IMG/VR virus record: IMGVR_UViG_3300025168_000056
Span: 1-64,000 of that record
Source of the DNA: a virus
DNA: 64,000 nt
Reading direction: 5' to 3' (one strand)
The notes below the pieces were generated by a model that saw nothing but the letters and a program-made list of their open reading frames with translations, was not told the origin of the DNA and did no database searches. Both the position numbers and the translations under genes were made by a program. This document shows, piece by piece, positions 45,949-55,841 of this stretch (position 1 is the first letter of the stretch; every line of letters starts with the position of its first letter).

Positions 45949-48900
45949 TGGATCGTTCTGATTCTAAGATTAAGTTTGTTGGGCTACACGCCCATAGTGT
46001 GGCAGGTTCTATTTTTGATGCGATTGGGTACCCCCAAGCGCATATGGACTTTTGCTATGAGAATGGTGGAGAAGCACTGGCTCTCACAGATCATGGCAAC
46101 ATGAACGGGTTGGCATATCAGGTTCTTCATGCAAAGAATATGAAAGACTCCGGCAAGGAGTTTAAGCCTATCTTTGGGTGCGAGGCTTACTTCATCCCAT
46201 CGATCGATGAGTGGCGAGAAGAGTACACTCGTGCGATGGAAGATAAGAAGCGCGCCCGCTCTGCTAAGAAGGATGCAGCTTCAGGCGCGACTGTTGAGGA
46301 TGAGGGTGCTTCAAAGAAGACTCAAGATATCCTCCGTCGGCGCCGCCACCTAGTTCTTTTGGCGCAAAACCAGACTGGACTGAACAACCTGTTTAAACTA
46401 GTCTCAGAGAGCTACCAGTCAGAAAATTTCTATAGGTACCCTCGTATAGACTATAAGCTTTTAAAGAAGTACAACGAAGGAATCATCGCCGCTAGCGCGT
46501 GTCTTGGTGGCGTATACGCTGGAAACTACTGGGAGAACCGTGAGGAAGGAGATGAAGCCGTTTTGGATGCAATGCGAGAGACAACGCAAAGTATGGTTGA
46601 CATCTTTGGAGACCGCTGGTACGCTGAGATTCAGTGGAATAATATTAAAGAACAGCACGAACTCAACAAATATGTTATCCAGACAGCACAAGAGATGGGC
46701 GTTAGCTTGATCACTACCGCAGATAGTCACTATCCTACGCCAACCGCATGGAAGGATCGTGAGTTGTACAAGCGTCTAGGTTGGCTGGGTAAGGGTCGAC
46801 CTTCGTGGGCAGACGAAGAGTCACAGCTTCCCGAAGGTGTGGAAGAGATTGGCTATGAATTGTATCCAAAGAATGGTGATCAGATCTGGGAGAGTTACAA
46901 ACAATACTCCAAAGACCAAGGATTTGAATACGATGATGAGTTGGTGATGCAAAGTATTGAAGAAACGCACAGGATCGCATTCGATAGAATCGAATCGTTC
47001 CTCCCAGACAATACTGTTCGTCTTCCGGAGTTTGTTGTACCGGCGGGGTTTACCGCTACTCAAGCGCTTGTTAATTATGCACTTGAAGGGTTAAAAGATA
47101 GAGGGCATCACAAAAATAAGGATTATATCGAGCGGTTGAAGCACGAACTGAATGTTATTGATGACCGCGGCTTTTCTAAATACTTCTTGACAATGAAATC
47201 GATTGTCGATGTAGCAACAGAAATGATGCTCACCGGTCCCGGCCGCGGCTCTGCTGCCGGCTCGTTAGTCGCCTATGCGCTTGGTATTACGCAAGTAGAC
47301 CCAATCAAATATGACCTTCTGTTCTCTCGGTTCCTTCGCTCTGACGCTAAGGACTACCCAGATATTGATTATGATGTATCTGACAGCATGTCTCTAAAAG
47401 AGAAGTTAGTGGAGATGTGGGGCGAAGATTGTGTCGCACCAATCTCTAATTGGAATACGCTGCAGCTTAAGTCTTTGATTAAGGATATCTCTAAGTTGTA
47501 CAACATTCCATTCACCGAAGTGAACACTGTTACTTCTATCATGATTCGCGAAGCCACCCCGGAAGCCAAGCGAAAGCACGGTATCAAGGCTGGTGTGTAT
47601 GCTCCGACTTGGGAAGAAGTGATGGAGTTTTCTCCTGCGCTTAGGGCATATCTCAACAAGTATCCACAAGTCAAGACACACGTTGAGGGATTGGTCGGTC
47701 AAGTACGCTCTTGCTCCCGTCATGCTGGTGGTGTAGTGATTGCTGAGAACCTTGATGCGAACATGCCGCTGATCAATTCAGGTGGTGTGCGCCAAGCACC
47801 GTGGGCAGAGGGTCAAAACGTTCGACACCTTGAACCCATGGGCTTCATTAAGTTTGATTTGCTTGGGCTGTCTACTCTTAAGATGATGGAGGGTTGCATC
47901 GAACATATCCTGCGCCGTCATCACGGAGTAGAGAATCCAACCTTTGCACAAGTGCGAGACTACTATGAAGATAAGTTGCACCCCGACAAGATGGACATGC
48001 ACGACGCCTCTATCTATGAAAATGTATTCCACACAGGAAAGTGGGCAGGAGTGTTCCAATTCACGGAACCCGGCGCTCAACAGTTTTGCGTAAAGGCTAA
48101 GCCGAACAATATCATTGATGTTTCTGCCATTACTTCAATCTTTCGACCCGGTCCACTATCGGCGGGTGTTGATGCAGATTATGTAGAAGCAAAGGGACAC
48201 CCGCAGCGTATTAGCTACCTTTCCGATGAAGCTCGTGAGATCACCGAGGAGACATACGGGTTCCTAATCTTCCAGGAGCAGATTGCTTTGCTTGCTCACA
48301 AGCTCGGCGGACTGACTCTTGATGAGGGCAACATGCTCCGTAAGGTTCTGACAAAGAAGGGCACAGGCAAGGGGTCCGTTAAAGGTCTGCTGCATGATAA
48401 GTTTATCAAGGGCTGCGTAGTTAATAATATTGCGCGCGATGAAGCCCAATCCCTCTGGGACAAGTTTGAATTCTTCTCGGGCTATGGCTTTAACAAGTCA
48501 CACGCTGTAAGTTACTCGATCATCTCCTATCAGTGTGCGTGGTTGTGGAACTACTACCCAGCAGAGTGGATGGCAGCTTTCTTAGATAAGGAACCAGAGA
48601 CGCGTAAAGAGAAGGCTATTAATATTGCCAAGCAATATGGATTTGATATTGCACCACTTGATGTTAATAAATCAGGCACAGTGTGGGAGATTAGTGATGA
48701 CGGAAAAACACTGATTCAGCCTCTCACTTCAATTAAAGGGTTGGGAGCAGCCGCAATCGAGCAGATTCTTGCAAACCGTCCACTAAACAGCGCTGAAGAG
48801 CTTTTGTTTAATGAGAGTATTACGTACTCCAAGCTGAACAAGAAGTGTCTTGATGCTCTATGTCGCGGCGGAGCTTTGGATAATATTGTCGACAGTCGTT

Positions 48901-49379
48901 TTACTGGTCGTAAGCACTTTTGGTCCGCATGCATTGTGGATCGCCCGAAGAATCTAAAAAAGCTTGGCGAGAACATTGAGCTATACAGACCAGAAGGGGA
49001 TTTCTCTGAGTCAGAGATTATTCAGTTTAAGTCTGACCTAACTGGGGTCTTCCCGATGAACTTGGTTATCAAGCCAGAGACTGTGCAGCGCCTGCAAGAC
49101 AGGTTCGTGCCACCAATCTCAGAGTTTGATCAGGAGCTTGAAGTGTGTTGGTTTATTCCACGCAAGATTGTACCGAAGAAAACGAAGAAAGGTAAAGACT
49201 ACTGGATTGTAGAAGTTATTGATTCTAACAACGAGCTTACCCGCATCCGATGTTGGGGCGTCAAGCCCGAGAAGGATCGTATCCACTTGAACCGCCCGTA
49301 TATGGCTCGCTTAAAGTATGACGAGAACTGGGGCTTTTCAACCTACGCCGTCGGCAAAACATTTAAGTTGCTGGCATAA
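45948..49379 (+). CDS. dnaE: DNA polymerase III alpha subunit (family C)
   Basis: PHP domain (LHAHS, ALTDHG, DSHY), GPGRGSAAGSLV, PDIDYD, HAGGVV, KFDLLGL and YGFNKSHA. Confidence 0.95.
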   Translation: MDRSDSKIKFVGLHAHSVAGSIFDAIGYPQAHMDFCYENGGEALALTDHGNMNGLAYQVLHAKNMKDSGKEFKPIFGCEAYFIPSIDEWREEYTRAMEDKKRARSAKKDAASGATVEDEGASKKTQDILRRRRHLVLLAQNQTGLNNLFKLVSESYQSENFYRYPRIDYKLLKKYNEGIIAASACLGGVYAGNYWENREEGDEAVLDAMRETTQSMVDIFGDRWYAEIQWNNIKEQHELNKYVIQTAQEMGVSLITTADSHYPTPTAWKDRELYKRLGWLGKGRPSWADEESQLPEGVEEIGYELYPKNGDQIWESYKQYSKDQGFEYDDELVMQSIEETHRIAFDRIESFLPDNTVRLPEFVVPAGFTATQALVNYALEGLKDRGHHKNKDYIERLKHELNVIDDRGFSKYFLTMKSIVDVATEMMLTGPGRGSAAGSLVAYALGITQVDPIKYDLLFSRFLRSDAKDYPDIDYDVSDSMSLKEKLVEMWGEDCVAPISNWNTLQLKSLIKDISKLYNIPFTEVNTVTSIMIREATPEAKRKHGIKAGVYAPTWEEVMEFSPALRAYLNKYPQVKTHVEGLVGQVRSCSRHAGGVVIAENLDANMPLINSGGVRQAPWAEGQNVRHLEPMGFIKFDLLGLSTLKMMEGCIEHILRRHHGVENPTFAQVRDYYEDKLHPDKMDMHDASIYENVFHTGKWAGVFQFTEPGAQQFCVKAKPNNIIDVSAITSIFRPGPLSAGVDADYVEAKGHPQRISYLSDEAREITEETYGFLIFQEQIALLAHKLGGLTLDEGNMLRKVLTKKGTGKGSVKGLLHDKFIKGCVVNNIARDEAQSLWDKFEFFSGYGFNKSHAVSYSIISYQCAWLWNYYPAEWMAAFLDKEPETRKEKAINIAKQYGFDIAPLDVNKSGTVWEISDDGKTLIQPLTSIKGLGAAAIEQILANRPLNSAEELLFNESITYSKLNKKCLDALCRGGALDNIVDSRFTGRKHFWSACIVDRPKNLKKLGENIELYRPEGDFSESEIIQFKSDLTGVFPMNLVIKPETVQRLQDRFVPPISEFDQELEVCWFIPRKIVPKKTKKGKDYWIVEVIDSNNELTRIRCWGVKPEKDRIHLNRPYMARLKYDENWGFSTYAVGKTFKLLA

Positions 49380-49383
49380 GTTG

Positions 49384-49412
49384 TTGACAAAACATACAGC
49401 ATTTGATATAAT
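49384..49412 (+). promoter_or_regulatory. Consensus sigma70 promoter
   Basis: TTGACA-17-TATAAT. Confidence 0.8.
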
Positions 49413-49438
49413 AAGATATCATTCAAGGAGGGAACCGA

Positions 49439-50044
49439 ATGAACATCATTGAAACTTTTAGCCCGTTGCTCAAAGAGCCAGAACTCAGATCTAATTTGCC
49501 GACCGTTATTAGGGTACGCAAGTTTGATGAAGCTGCTGCAAAGGAATTTTCCGAACTAATGACCAAAGCTCAGAATACTGGTCAACCAATCGTGCCTATC
49601 ATCATTGATAGTTACGGCGGTCAAGTCTACAGCCTCATGTCTATGATTTCAGATATTCAACATTCGCGAGTTCCTGTGGCCACCATCGTACAGGGCAAGG
49701 CGATGTCGTGCGGAGCTATCTTGTTCAGTTTTGGTGCTGATGGTATGAGGTATATGGACCCGAATTCGACAGTTATGATTCATGATGTGAGTTCAATGTC
49801 AAGAGGAAAGGTTGAAGAAGTGAAGGCTGATGCCGGTGAAACCGAAAGACTCAATCAAATTGTTTATCGCATGATGGCTCAAAATTGTGGTCACCATGAT
49901 GAATATTTTCTTGACATTGTGCACGAGAAGGGTCACGCAGACTGGTATTTGGATGCTAATGAATGCAAGAAGCATAAAATCGCCAACCATTTGCGTGTAC
50001 CTGAATTAAAAATCGAAACAAAGGTTTCATTCGCTTTTAATTAA
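49439..50044 (+). CDS. clpP: ClpP-family protease (paralogue 1)
   Basis: IDSYGG.V, GKAMSCGA (Ser), MIHD (His), DWYL.A.E (Asp). Confidence 0.85.
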   Translation: MNIIETFSPLLKEPELRSNLPTVIRVRKFDEAAAKEFSELMTKAQNTGQPIVPIIIDSYGGQVYSLMSMISDIQHSRVPVATIVQGKAMSCGAILFSFGADGMRYMDPNSTVMIHDVSSMSRGKVEEVKADAGETERLNQIVYRMMAQNCGHHDEYFLDIVHEKGHADWYLDANECKKHKIANHLRVPELKIETKVSFAFN

Positions 50045-50057
50045 TTCTACTTAGGGT

Positions 50058-50765
50058 ATGTCTGTTGCAAAGAAGAATAAATGGAAGCGCGCCCTGAACC
50101 ATTTACGGTTTAGTTACGAAGAAATTGAAATGATAAAAGAGATATCAATAGACACAGCGCAAGATTTCCAGATGTACTATGAGAATTTTTGTAGAACGCG
50201 AGGGATCAACATCGCAGAGCTTAATGATCGCCATCGGAACAGAGTTGAAGACTTATATAATATTGAAAAAGTAATACCAGATAGCGAACACTCCGATGAG
50301 CCCGAAATACACCCCCCTGGCGATACGACGATAGCTTTGCATAATAAAAGTTCCGACAAGTTAGACGACAAGCACCAAATGACCGCTGATGAAACAGCGA
50401 TGCACGAAGCTTTCTCAAAGCTTTTTAAAAAAATTGCCCTTAAAATCCATCCCGACAGGCTGCACGATATGCCACCCGAGGAGAGGGAAGTGAAGATAAG
50501 TATGTTTCAGAGAGCCAATAAGTCACTTGAAGATAAAAAATATTTTATCTTATTAGACATTGCATCACAACTAAAGATACAGACACCTAAAAACTACGAT
50601 CAGCAAACAAGATGGATGAAGAAAGAGACTACTTTCTTGGAGCAGAAGATCAAAAAAGAAAAAAGCACTTACAACTTTTTATTTTCTGAAGCAGAAACCG
50701 ACGAAGAAAGAGATCAATTGGTTAGTGGGTTTATGTTACAAGTTTTTCAAATTCACGTAGAATAA
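50058..50765 (+). CDS. J-domain-containing protein
   Basis: LFKKIALKIHPDR...FQ.AN..L with the HPD motif. Confidence 0.65.
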   Translation: MSVAKKNKWKRALNHLRFSYEEIEMIKEISIDTAQDFQMYYENFCRTRGINIAELNDRHRNRVEDLYNIEKVIPDSEHSDEPEIHPPGDTTIALHNKSSDKLDDKHQMTADETAMHEAFSKLFKKIALKIHPDRLHDMPPEEREVKISMFQRANKSLEDKKYFILLDIASQLKIQTPKNYDQQTRWMKKETTFLEQKIKKEKSTYNFLFSEAETDEERDQLVSGFMLQVFQIHVE

Positions 50766-50768
50766 CTG

Positions 50769-50797
50769 TTGACATCGCGCTACGCATCTGTTATATT
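50769..50797 (+). promoter_or_regulatory. Sigma70-type promoter
   Basis: TTGACA-17-TATATT. Confidence 0.7.
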
Positions 50798-50826
50798 AAT
50801 AGAGTAAACACAAAAGGAGGGCCATT

Positions 50827-51087
50827 ATGGCTAACACAAATAACGAAAGAAAGCGCTACGTTAAGGAATACATCCGTTCCTTGGTAGCGATTGAAGAGGC
50901 AATGGAGCCCTATAAGGAACAAAAGCGCGATCTGCGTTCTGAATTTAAGGAGAACAATTGGCTCAGTACGGATGAGATTAGCGCAGCGGTCAAAGCATAC
51001 CGACTGTTTAAGGGCAAAGTAAACATCGACGAAGTAGTAGAAAACTTCCAAATGTTTTCAGGAGACGAAGAGGGAGGTGCGAATTGA
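50827..51087 (+). CDS. Small coiled-coil DNA-binding-like protein (GapR/T4 DsbA-like)
   Basis: YI..L..IE......E..RDL..E.K......I...VK..R pattern; RBS AGGAGG. Confidence 0.45.
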   Translation: MANTNNERKRYVKEYIRSLVAIEEAMEPYKEQKRDLRSEFKENNWLSTDEISAAVKAYRLFKGKVNIDEVVENFQMFSGDEEGGAN

Positions 51088-51545
51088 TTGTTCAATATTC
51101 AAAGACTCGCCAAAATGTCCGGACCCCGCAGCGAGCGAACCCATCTGATGCAGGGCTTGACGTATTCTATAGCCCGCCCGATAATGAAGTGGCAGGTAAG
51201 TGGCTGACTCCCGGTTCGTCCGGACTATTTTCCACAGGACTCAAGTTCGGTATTCCACATGGATATATGATAGAAGTTAAGAACCGCTCGGGCATGGCAG
51301 CACGCCGCTCCTTGGTTGTCGGCGCTTGTGTTGTCGACTCGGGTTACACGGGAGAGGTGTTTGTAAATCTTCACAATATCGGCAAGGAATCTCAATTTAT
51401 CCAGCCGGGTGAAAAGATCGCCCAGCTGGTTATGACTCCGGTTGTCCATTTTAACGCACGAGAATCTAGTTTTGAGGAACTTTATGCGGAAGCGATTACT
51501 ATCAGTGATCGAGGAACTGGAGCATTGGGGAGCACTGATGGATAA
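51084..51545 (+). CDS. dut: Trimeric dUTPase
   Basis: DAGLD, RSG, VDSGYTGE, KIAQLV and RG.G.LGST motifs. Confidence 0.92.
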   Translation: MIVQYSKTRQNVRTPQRANPSDAGLDVFYSPPDNEVAGKWLTPGSSGLFSTGLKFGIPHGYMIEVKNRSGMAARRSLVVGACVVDSGYTGEVFVNLHNIGKESQFIQPGEKIAQLVMTPVVHFNARESSFEELYAEAITISDRGTGALGSTDG

Positions 51546-52011
51546 GAACACACAAGGAGTTATGTTTAGCTCTAAAACAGGAAATTGGGCAACCCCAAAG
51601 GACTTCTTTGATAAACTTAGCTGGCGTTTTGGACCGTTTGATTTAGATCCCTGTGCTAGCACACACAACACTAAGTGTGCCAACTTCTTTACAAAGGCTG
51701 AGAATGGTCTAGAGAAGGATTGGGAAGGGTTCACGTGTTTTGTTAATCCTCCGTATGGGAGAGGTATTGACAAGTGGATTGAGAAAGGTTATAATGAAGC
51801 TATGAAGAATGAAACAAAGGTAGTGATGCTTATTCCAGCACGAACCGATACCAAGTATTGGCACAAGTATGTAATGAATGCATCAGAGATTCACTTTGTG
51901 AAAGGTCGCCTAAAGTTTGGCGACAGTAAGAATTCCGCACCATTTCCATCAGCGGTAGTAGTATTTGATGGCGGCGATGAGTTGTGGAGAGTCGAAGGCA
52001 TTAACAAATAA
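51538..52011 (+). CDS. Phage N6-adenine DNA methyltransferase
   Basis: W.TP..FF, FDLDPCA, FVNPPYG, LIPARTDT and GRLKF motifs. Confidence 0.9.
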   Translation: MDKNTQGVMFSSKTGNWATPKDFFDKLSWRFGPFDLDPCASTHNTKCANFFTKAENGLEKDWEGFTCFVNPPYGRGIDKWIEKGYNEAMKNETKVVMLIPARTDTKYWHKYVMNASEIHFVKGRLKFGDSKNSAPFPSAVVVFDGGDELWRVEGINK

Positions 52012-52021
52012 GGAGTATGAA

Positions 52022-52399
52022 ATGACCGAAGATATTTTAAATGCAGCAATTCAAAAGCTGCGAGGCTTAGCACTGGAGCAATTTGCCTTAGCTAAGGATG
52101 CGCTACACCAGCCTGCCAATGCAGACACTGTTTCCAATATCAGTACCTGCGCCATTAACATGGCTCAGCTTGAGGGTGCGATGATCACCTTGCAGCAGTA
52201 CGCAGATTCTCTGAAGACGCGTACCCCAGCGGAAATCGCAGCCACTGAGCCAGAGCCGCCGGCGCAAGAAGAGTCGAAGGAAGAAGCTGTTATCACGGAT
52301 AAGGAGTTAGCTGAGCGCTCACCGACTTTCCGGAAGTCTCAGGGTATTGAGGAGCCGGCAACAAAAAAGCGGAAAAGGAAAACCAAAAGTGAATCGTAA
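52022..52399 (+). CDS. Hypothetical protein
   Basis: RBS AGGAG before ATG 52022. Confidence 0.55.
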   Translation: MTEDILNAAIQKLRGLALEQFALAKDALHQPANADTVSNISTCAINMAQLEGAMITLQQYADSLKTRTPAEIAATEPEPPAQEESKEEAVITDKELAERSPTFRKSQGIEEPATKKRKRKTKSES

Positions 52400-52643
52400 G
52401 CAACGACGAGCCGCAGCAAAGGATACTTCACAAGCAGATGTGTCTGATAAACTGATGATGTTCGACAAGTTGCCAGACGAATGTTTAGCCTGCGTGAAGC
52501 CGTTTGACAAAAACGACAAACAGATGGCTCTCACTTGGAATGTGGTTATTAGAGATGAAGATACAGTTAGGTTGTACTGCCCTGATTGTTGGTCAATGGC
52601 ACAATCAGCAGTTGAAAAATTTAAAAAGGAGAACAAAAAATGA
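52389..52643 (+). CDS. Small zinc-finger-like protein
   Basis: GTG start (MNRKQRR), with CxxC...CxxC. Confidence 0.55.
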   Translation: MNRKQRRAAAKDTSQADVSDKLMMFDKLPDECLACVKPFDKNDKQMALTWNVVIRDEDTVRLYCPDCWSMAQSAVEKFKKENKK

Positions 52644-53029
52644 GTGTAAATAGAATATCCGAAGATGGATTGAATATGATCTTGAGTAATCGAGTACTCG
52701 CGCCTGTAACTTGCGTAGTTAAATTTTATTCAAACAGTTGTCACATGTGCCATTCTTTGCAAGAATACTTCATGGACATTTCAAATCAATATGAGCTTGA
52801 TCCCAACATAGTGTTTTATGCATATAACGTTGACGAGGATCCAGCGATTGAAAAGAAGCTTAAGTTTAATGGCGTCCCGACAATCATTGCGATTAACCCA
52901 AACCCGGAACTGCCACCACGAAAACCAGCAGAGTATAAGACAATGCCTGAGCCGGAAGATCCCCACAAGAAAACGTGGTATAAGGTAAGGGACATCCAGA
53001 AGTTTATTGAAGAAGAGAAGATAAAGTGA
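52640..53029 (+). CDS. Thioredoxin-like protein
   Basis: VVKFY...CHMC and GVPT cis-Pro motif. Confidence 0.75.
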   Translation: MSVNRISEDGLNMILSNRVLAPVTCVVKFYSNSCHMCHSLQEYFMDISNQYELDPNIVFYAYNVDEDPAIEKKLKFNGVPTIIAINPNPELPPRKPAEYKTMPEPEDPHKKTWYKVRDIQKFIEEEKIK

Positions 53030-54045
53030 GTCAAAAATTTAATTTATCATATGACGATGTATTGCTGGAACCACAGTACTCCGATATACGAAGTCGCTCT
53101 GAGATTGATATCTCGACAGATTTAAGCAAGGGTGTTAAATTAGCTCTGCCTATTTTCGCTTCACCGATGGATACTATCTCTGAATCCGCAATGGCCAACG
53201 CTCTTGGTGCATGTGGAGGAAGCGCAATTATCCACAGATATAACTCAATTGATGAGCAAGCCCGCCATGTATCGAAATCACAGGATACACACGTTGGTGC
53301 CGCAATTGGGGTTTCCGGAGATTTTTTGGAAAGAGCCAGAGAAGTAGTTGCTTGTGGTGCCGATTTTATCTGTGTAGATGTTGCCCATGGACACCATGTA
53401 ATGATGCAGGAAGCATTAGGAGAACTACGTTTGCTGCTTGGTGACGACTATCACATTATGGCTGGAAACGTGGCGACCCTTGGGGGGATCAATGATCTCT
53501 CTGACTGGGGCGCCGATAGTGTGCGCTGTAATATTGGCGGCGGGTCAATCTGTTCGACAAGAATTCAGACCGGTCATGGCATGCCCGGCTTACAGACTAT
53601 ATTTGAATGCGCGAAGACCGATCGGGATGTTAAGATTATAGCTGACGGCGGAATTAAAAACTCCGGAGACATTGTTAAAGCTTTGGCCGCAGGCGCCGAT
53701 GCGATTATGATAGGCTCACTGCTAGCTGGTACAACTGAGTCGCCTGGAAACCTAATCAAAGACGGTAACGGAGTTACGTGGAAAGAGTACAGAGGAATGG
53801 CGTCCAAAGAAGCCCAAATGAGTTGGCGGGGCAAATATTCTTCGTTTGAGGGTGTTGCTAGCAAGGTGCCTTACCGCGGCTCAGTTAAACATATTCTAAA
53901 AGATATTCAAAAGGGGATCCGTTCTGGTTTTTCATATTCAGGCGCGCGAAACTTACAACAGTTGCATGCAAAAGCAAAGTTTCTTATCCAAACGGCTTCC
54001 GGGCTGTCCGAAAGTAGAACACACATCACCACAAGGAAGTGGTGA
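53026..54045 (+). CDS. IMP dehydrogenase/GMP reductase family protein without CBS domains
   Basis: [38 protein letters not shown] and YRGMAS motifs. Confidence 0.9.
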   Translation: MSQKFNLSYDDVLLEPQYSDIRSRSEIDISTDLSKGVKLALPIFASPMDTISESAMANALGACGGSAIIHRYNSIDEQARHVSKSQDTHVGAAIGVSGDFLERAREVVACGADFICVDVAHGHHVMMQEALGELRLLLGDDYHIMAGNVATLGGINDLSDWGADSVRCNIGGGSICSTRIQTGHGMPGLQTIFECAKTDRDVKIIADGGIKNSGDIVKALAAGADAIMIGSLLAGTTESPGNLIKDGNGVTWKEYRGMASKEAQMSWRGKYSSFEGVASKVPYRGSVKHILKDIQKGIRSGFSYSGARNLQQLHAKAKFLIQTASGLSESRTHITTRKW

Positions 54046-54371
54046 TGTCATCCGGGATAGATTATGGAAAGCTGACAAAAAGGATAGTCTTCACAGAAAC
54101 CGATCACAGACATGCTCAATTAGTGTTGAAACTTAAACACGACGGAGTAAAACAATCAGAATTTTTTCGTTCAATTGTGACTGCTTATATTGCAGGGGAC
54201 GATAGAATTCAGATGTATATCGATGAGGTGAGTTCGTTGTCGAAAGAGAGAAAAATAAAGTCCAAGAAGCTTAGAACAGCAGGTAAACAAAAAATTGCTG
54301 ACTTTGGGTTTACGGATGGCGAGATAGACAACATCTTCGATCTCATTGAAGAGGAGCACCCAGAACTATGA
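54045..54371 (+). CDS. Hypothetical protein, possibly a small DNA-binding protein
   Basis: Coupled ORF with a beta-alpha-alpha-like N-terminus. Confidence 0.45.
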   Translation: MSSGIDYGKLTKRIVFTETDHRHAQLVLKLKHDGVKQSEFFRSIVTAYIAGDDRIQMYIDEVSSLSKERKIKSKKLRTAGKQKIADFGFTDGEIDNIFDLIEEEHPEL

Positions 54372-54628
54372 CTAAAGATGGTTTACGTATATGTTCCCGA
54401 AAATGTATGGAATTAAAAACGGCATGCCCTAACGAAGAATGTCGATTGTGGATAGATTTTAAAAATGAGTATAACTGTACTTTGATATCTATTTATGAGA
54501 ACGGACCGATGACCTTACGTGAAATTGCTGAACGCTCTGGCATATCATTTGCGAGAGTAAAACAGATTGAAACGAAGGCGGTTGGGAAGATAAAAAACAC
54601 GAAAATTTTGAGTTGTTTTGAATTTTAG
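54368..54628 (+). CDS. Stand-alone sigma70 region-4 HTH protein with Cys-rich N-terminus
   Basis: MTLREIAERSGISFARVKQIETKAV.KI is a canonical region 4.2. Confidence 0.75.
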   Translation: MTKDGLRICSRKCMELKTACPNEECRLWIDFKNEYNCTLISIYENGPMTLREIAERSGISFARVKQIETKAVGKIKNTKILSCFEF

Positions 54629-54691
54629 GGAACTATAAACAACTGAACACTATTTATATTTGAGTTTCGAAAACCTTAAGGAGATTTTATA

Positions 54692-55345
54692 ATGGCTCGT
54701 AAAAATTTACTAACAGAAAGCGAATTACGTCGCTTCATGAAACTCGCCGAGATGCGTCCAATTGGCGAGGAAAAGATTCAAGAGATGTACGGCGGAATGC
54801 CGGGCGCTCGTGATGACGAAGAAGAACTGGATGAAGAAGAGATGGAAATGGACATGGACATGGGTGCTGAAGAGGCTCCTGTTGATGAACTGCCCATGGA
54901 CGACGAGCCTGCAATGGACGATGAACCAGAGATGGGTGCCGCACCAGAAGGCGATATGGAGCTTTCTGATGATGAAGCTCAAGCTATTATCGATTTGGCC
55001 GATAAGCTTCGCGCTGCCATGGGTGGCGAGGAAGGTGAGGCTGAAATGGAAATGGGAGCGGAAGACGACCTCGAAGCACCGGAAGGGGGTGATTCACTAG
55101 AAATGGATGCTGAAGAGGAACCCATGATGGAAGGCGAAGATGATGATGAAGAAGAAGATCAGCGCGCCGCACGCAAGCAGCGTAAGGACCGTGAAGATCA
55201 CCAGCGCAAGATTCGCGAAGGCGATGACGAAGATATTGTTGCTGAGGTAGCACGTCGTGTAGCCGAGCGTCTTCAAGCTGAAAGCAAGAAGGAAGAAATT
55301 GTCGACCAACTTGCTGAAAGAATTATGAAGAGACTCACTAAGTAA
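54692..55345 (+). CDS. Acidic prohead core/scaffold-like protein
   Basis: E/D/M-rich; LLTESELRRFMKLA resembles the scaffold's RMKKLAG; late motif at 54649. Confidence 0.55.
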   Translation: MARKNLLTESELRRFMKLAEMRPIGEEKIQEMYGGMPGARDDEEELDEEEMEMDMDMGAEEAPVDELPMDDEPAMDDEPEMGAAPEGDMELSDDEAQAIIDLADKLRAAMGGEEGEAEMEMGAEDDLEAPEGGDSLEMDAEEEPMMEGEDDDEEEDQRAARKQRKDREDHQRKIREGDDEDIVAEVARRVAERLQAESKKEEIVDQLAERIMKRLTK

Positions 55346-55346
55346 C

Positions 55347-55405
55347 TTGACAAATCATAACGAGCCTGTTATACTATTAACCACTAGTCTTTACTAGTGG
55401 TTAAT
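55347..55405 (+). promoter_or_regulatory. Sigma70 promoter followed by a perfect 13 bp inverted repeat
   Basis: TTGACA-17-TATACT, then ATTAACCACTAGT-cttt-ACTAGTGGTTAAT. Confidence 0.65.
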
Positions 55406-55409
55406 TTAT

Positions 55410-55841
55410 TTGGAGTGTAGTTTGGGACATGTTTGGTGGTTGTACCTATTAGTTTTTATATTTGGGTACTTTACTTGTAGAACATTTTATTTTATCAGAG
55501 AGGTTAGGCTCGGGCTTGTAATGCTCAAGTTGTCTCATTACCTTTCCCTCTATACTATTGTTAGAGGCGTTGAAAGCATGGAATATGCTAAGGCAACGCG
55601 CATCAATGAGATGCGAAAAAAAGAAGAGACAGACAAAAATATTAAAGCATATCAATTAAATTTTGATACTGAGATAAAACTTTATAAAGATAAGGCGATC
55701 AGAGAGATAATTAATATGCACCCTAAGTTTTATCGTGAGTTGCTTGAATACGATGATTGGGAATCTGCAATGCGCTTCTTGAATGAAGGGGGCGCTGATT
55801 ACATAAGACATTTTAACAACAAAGAGGGGAACTTAACATGA
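55410..55841 (+). CDS. Hypothetical membrane-anchored protein
   Basis: N-terminal TM segment WWLYLLVFIFGYF; start uncertain. Confidence 0.55.
   Translation: MECSLGHVWWLYLLVFIFGYFTCRTFYFIREVRLGLVMLKLSHYLSLYTIVRGVESMEYAKATRINEMRKKEETDKNIKAYQLNFDTEIKLYKDKAIREIINMHPKFYRELLEYDDWESAMRFLNEGGADYIRHFNNKEGNLT

Noticed and set aside
36173-49379. Inteins or introns in recA, helicase, nrdJ or dnaE
   Set aside because: The ORFs are continuous and of normal length, with no HN-C/S/T splice junctions or homing-endonuclease inserts noticed.
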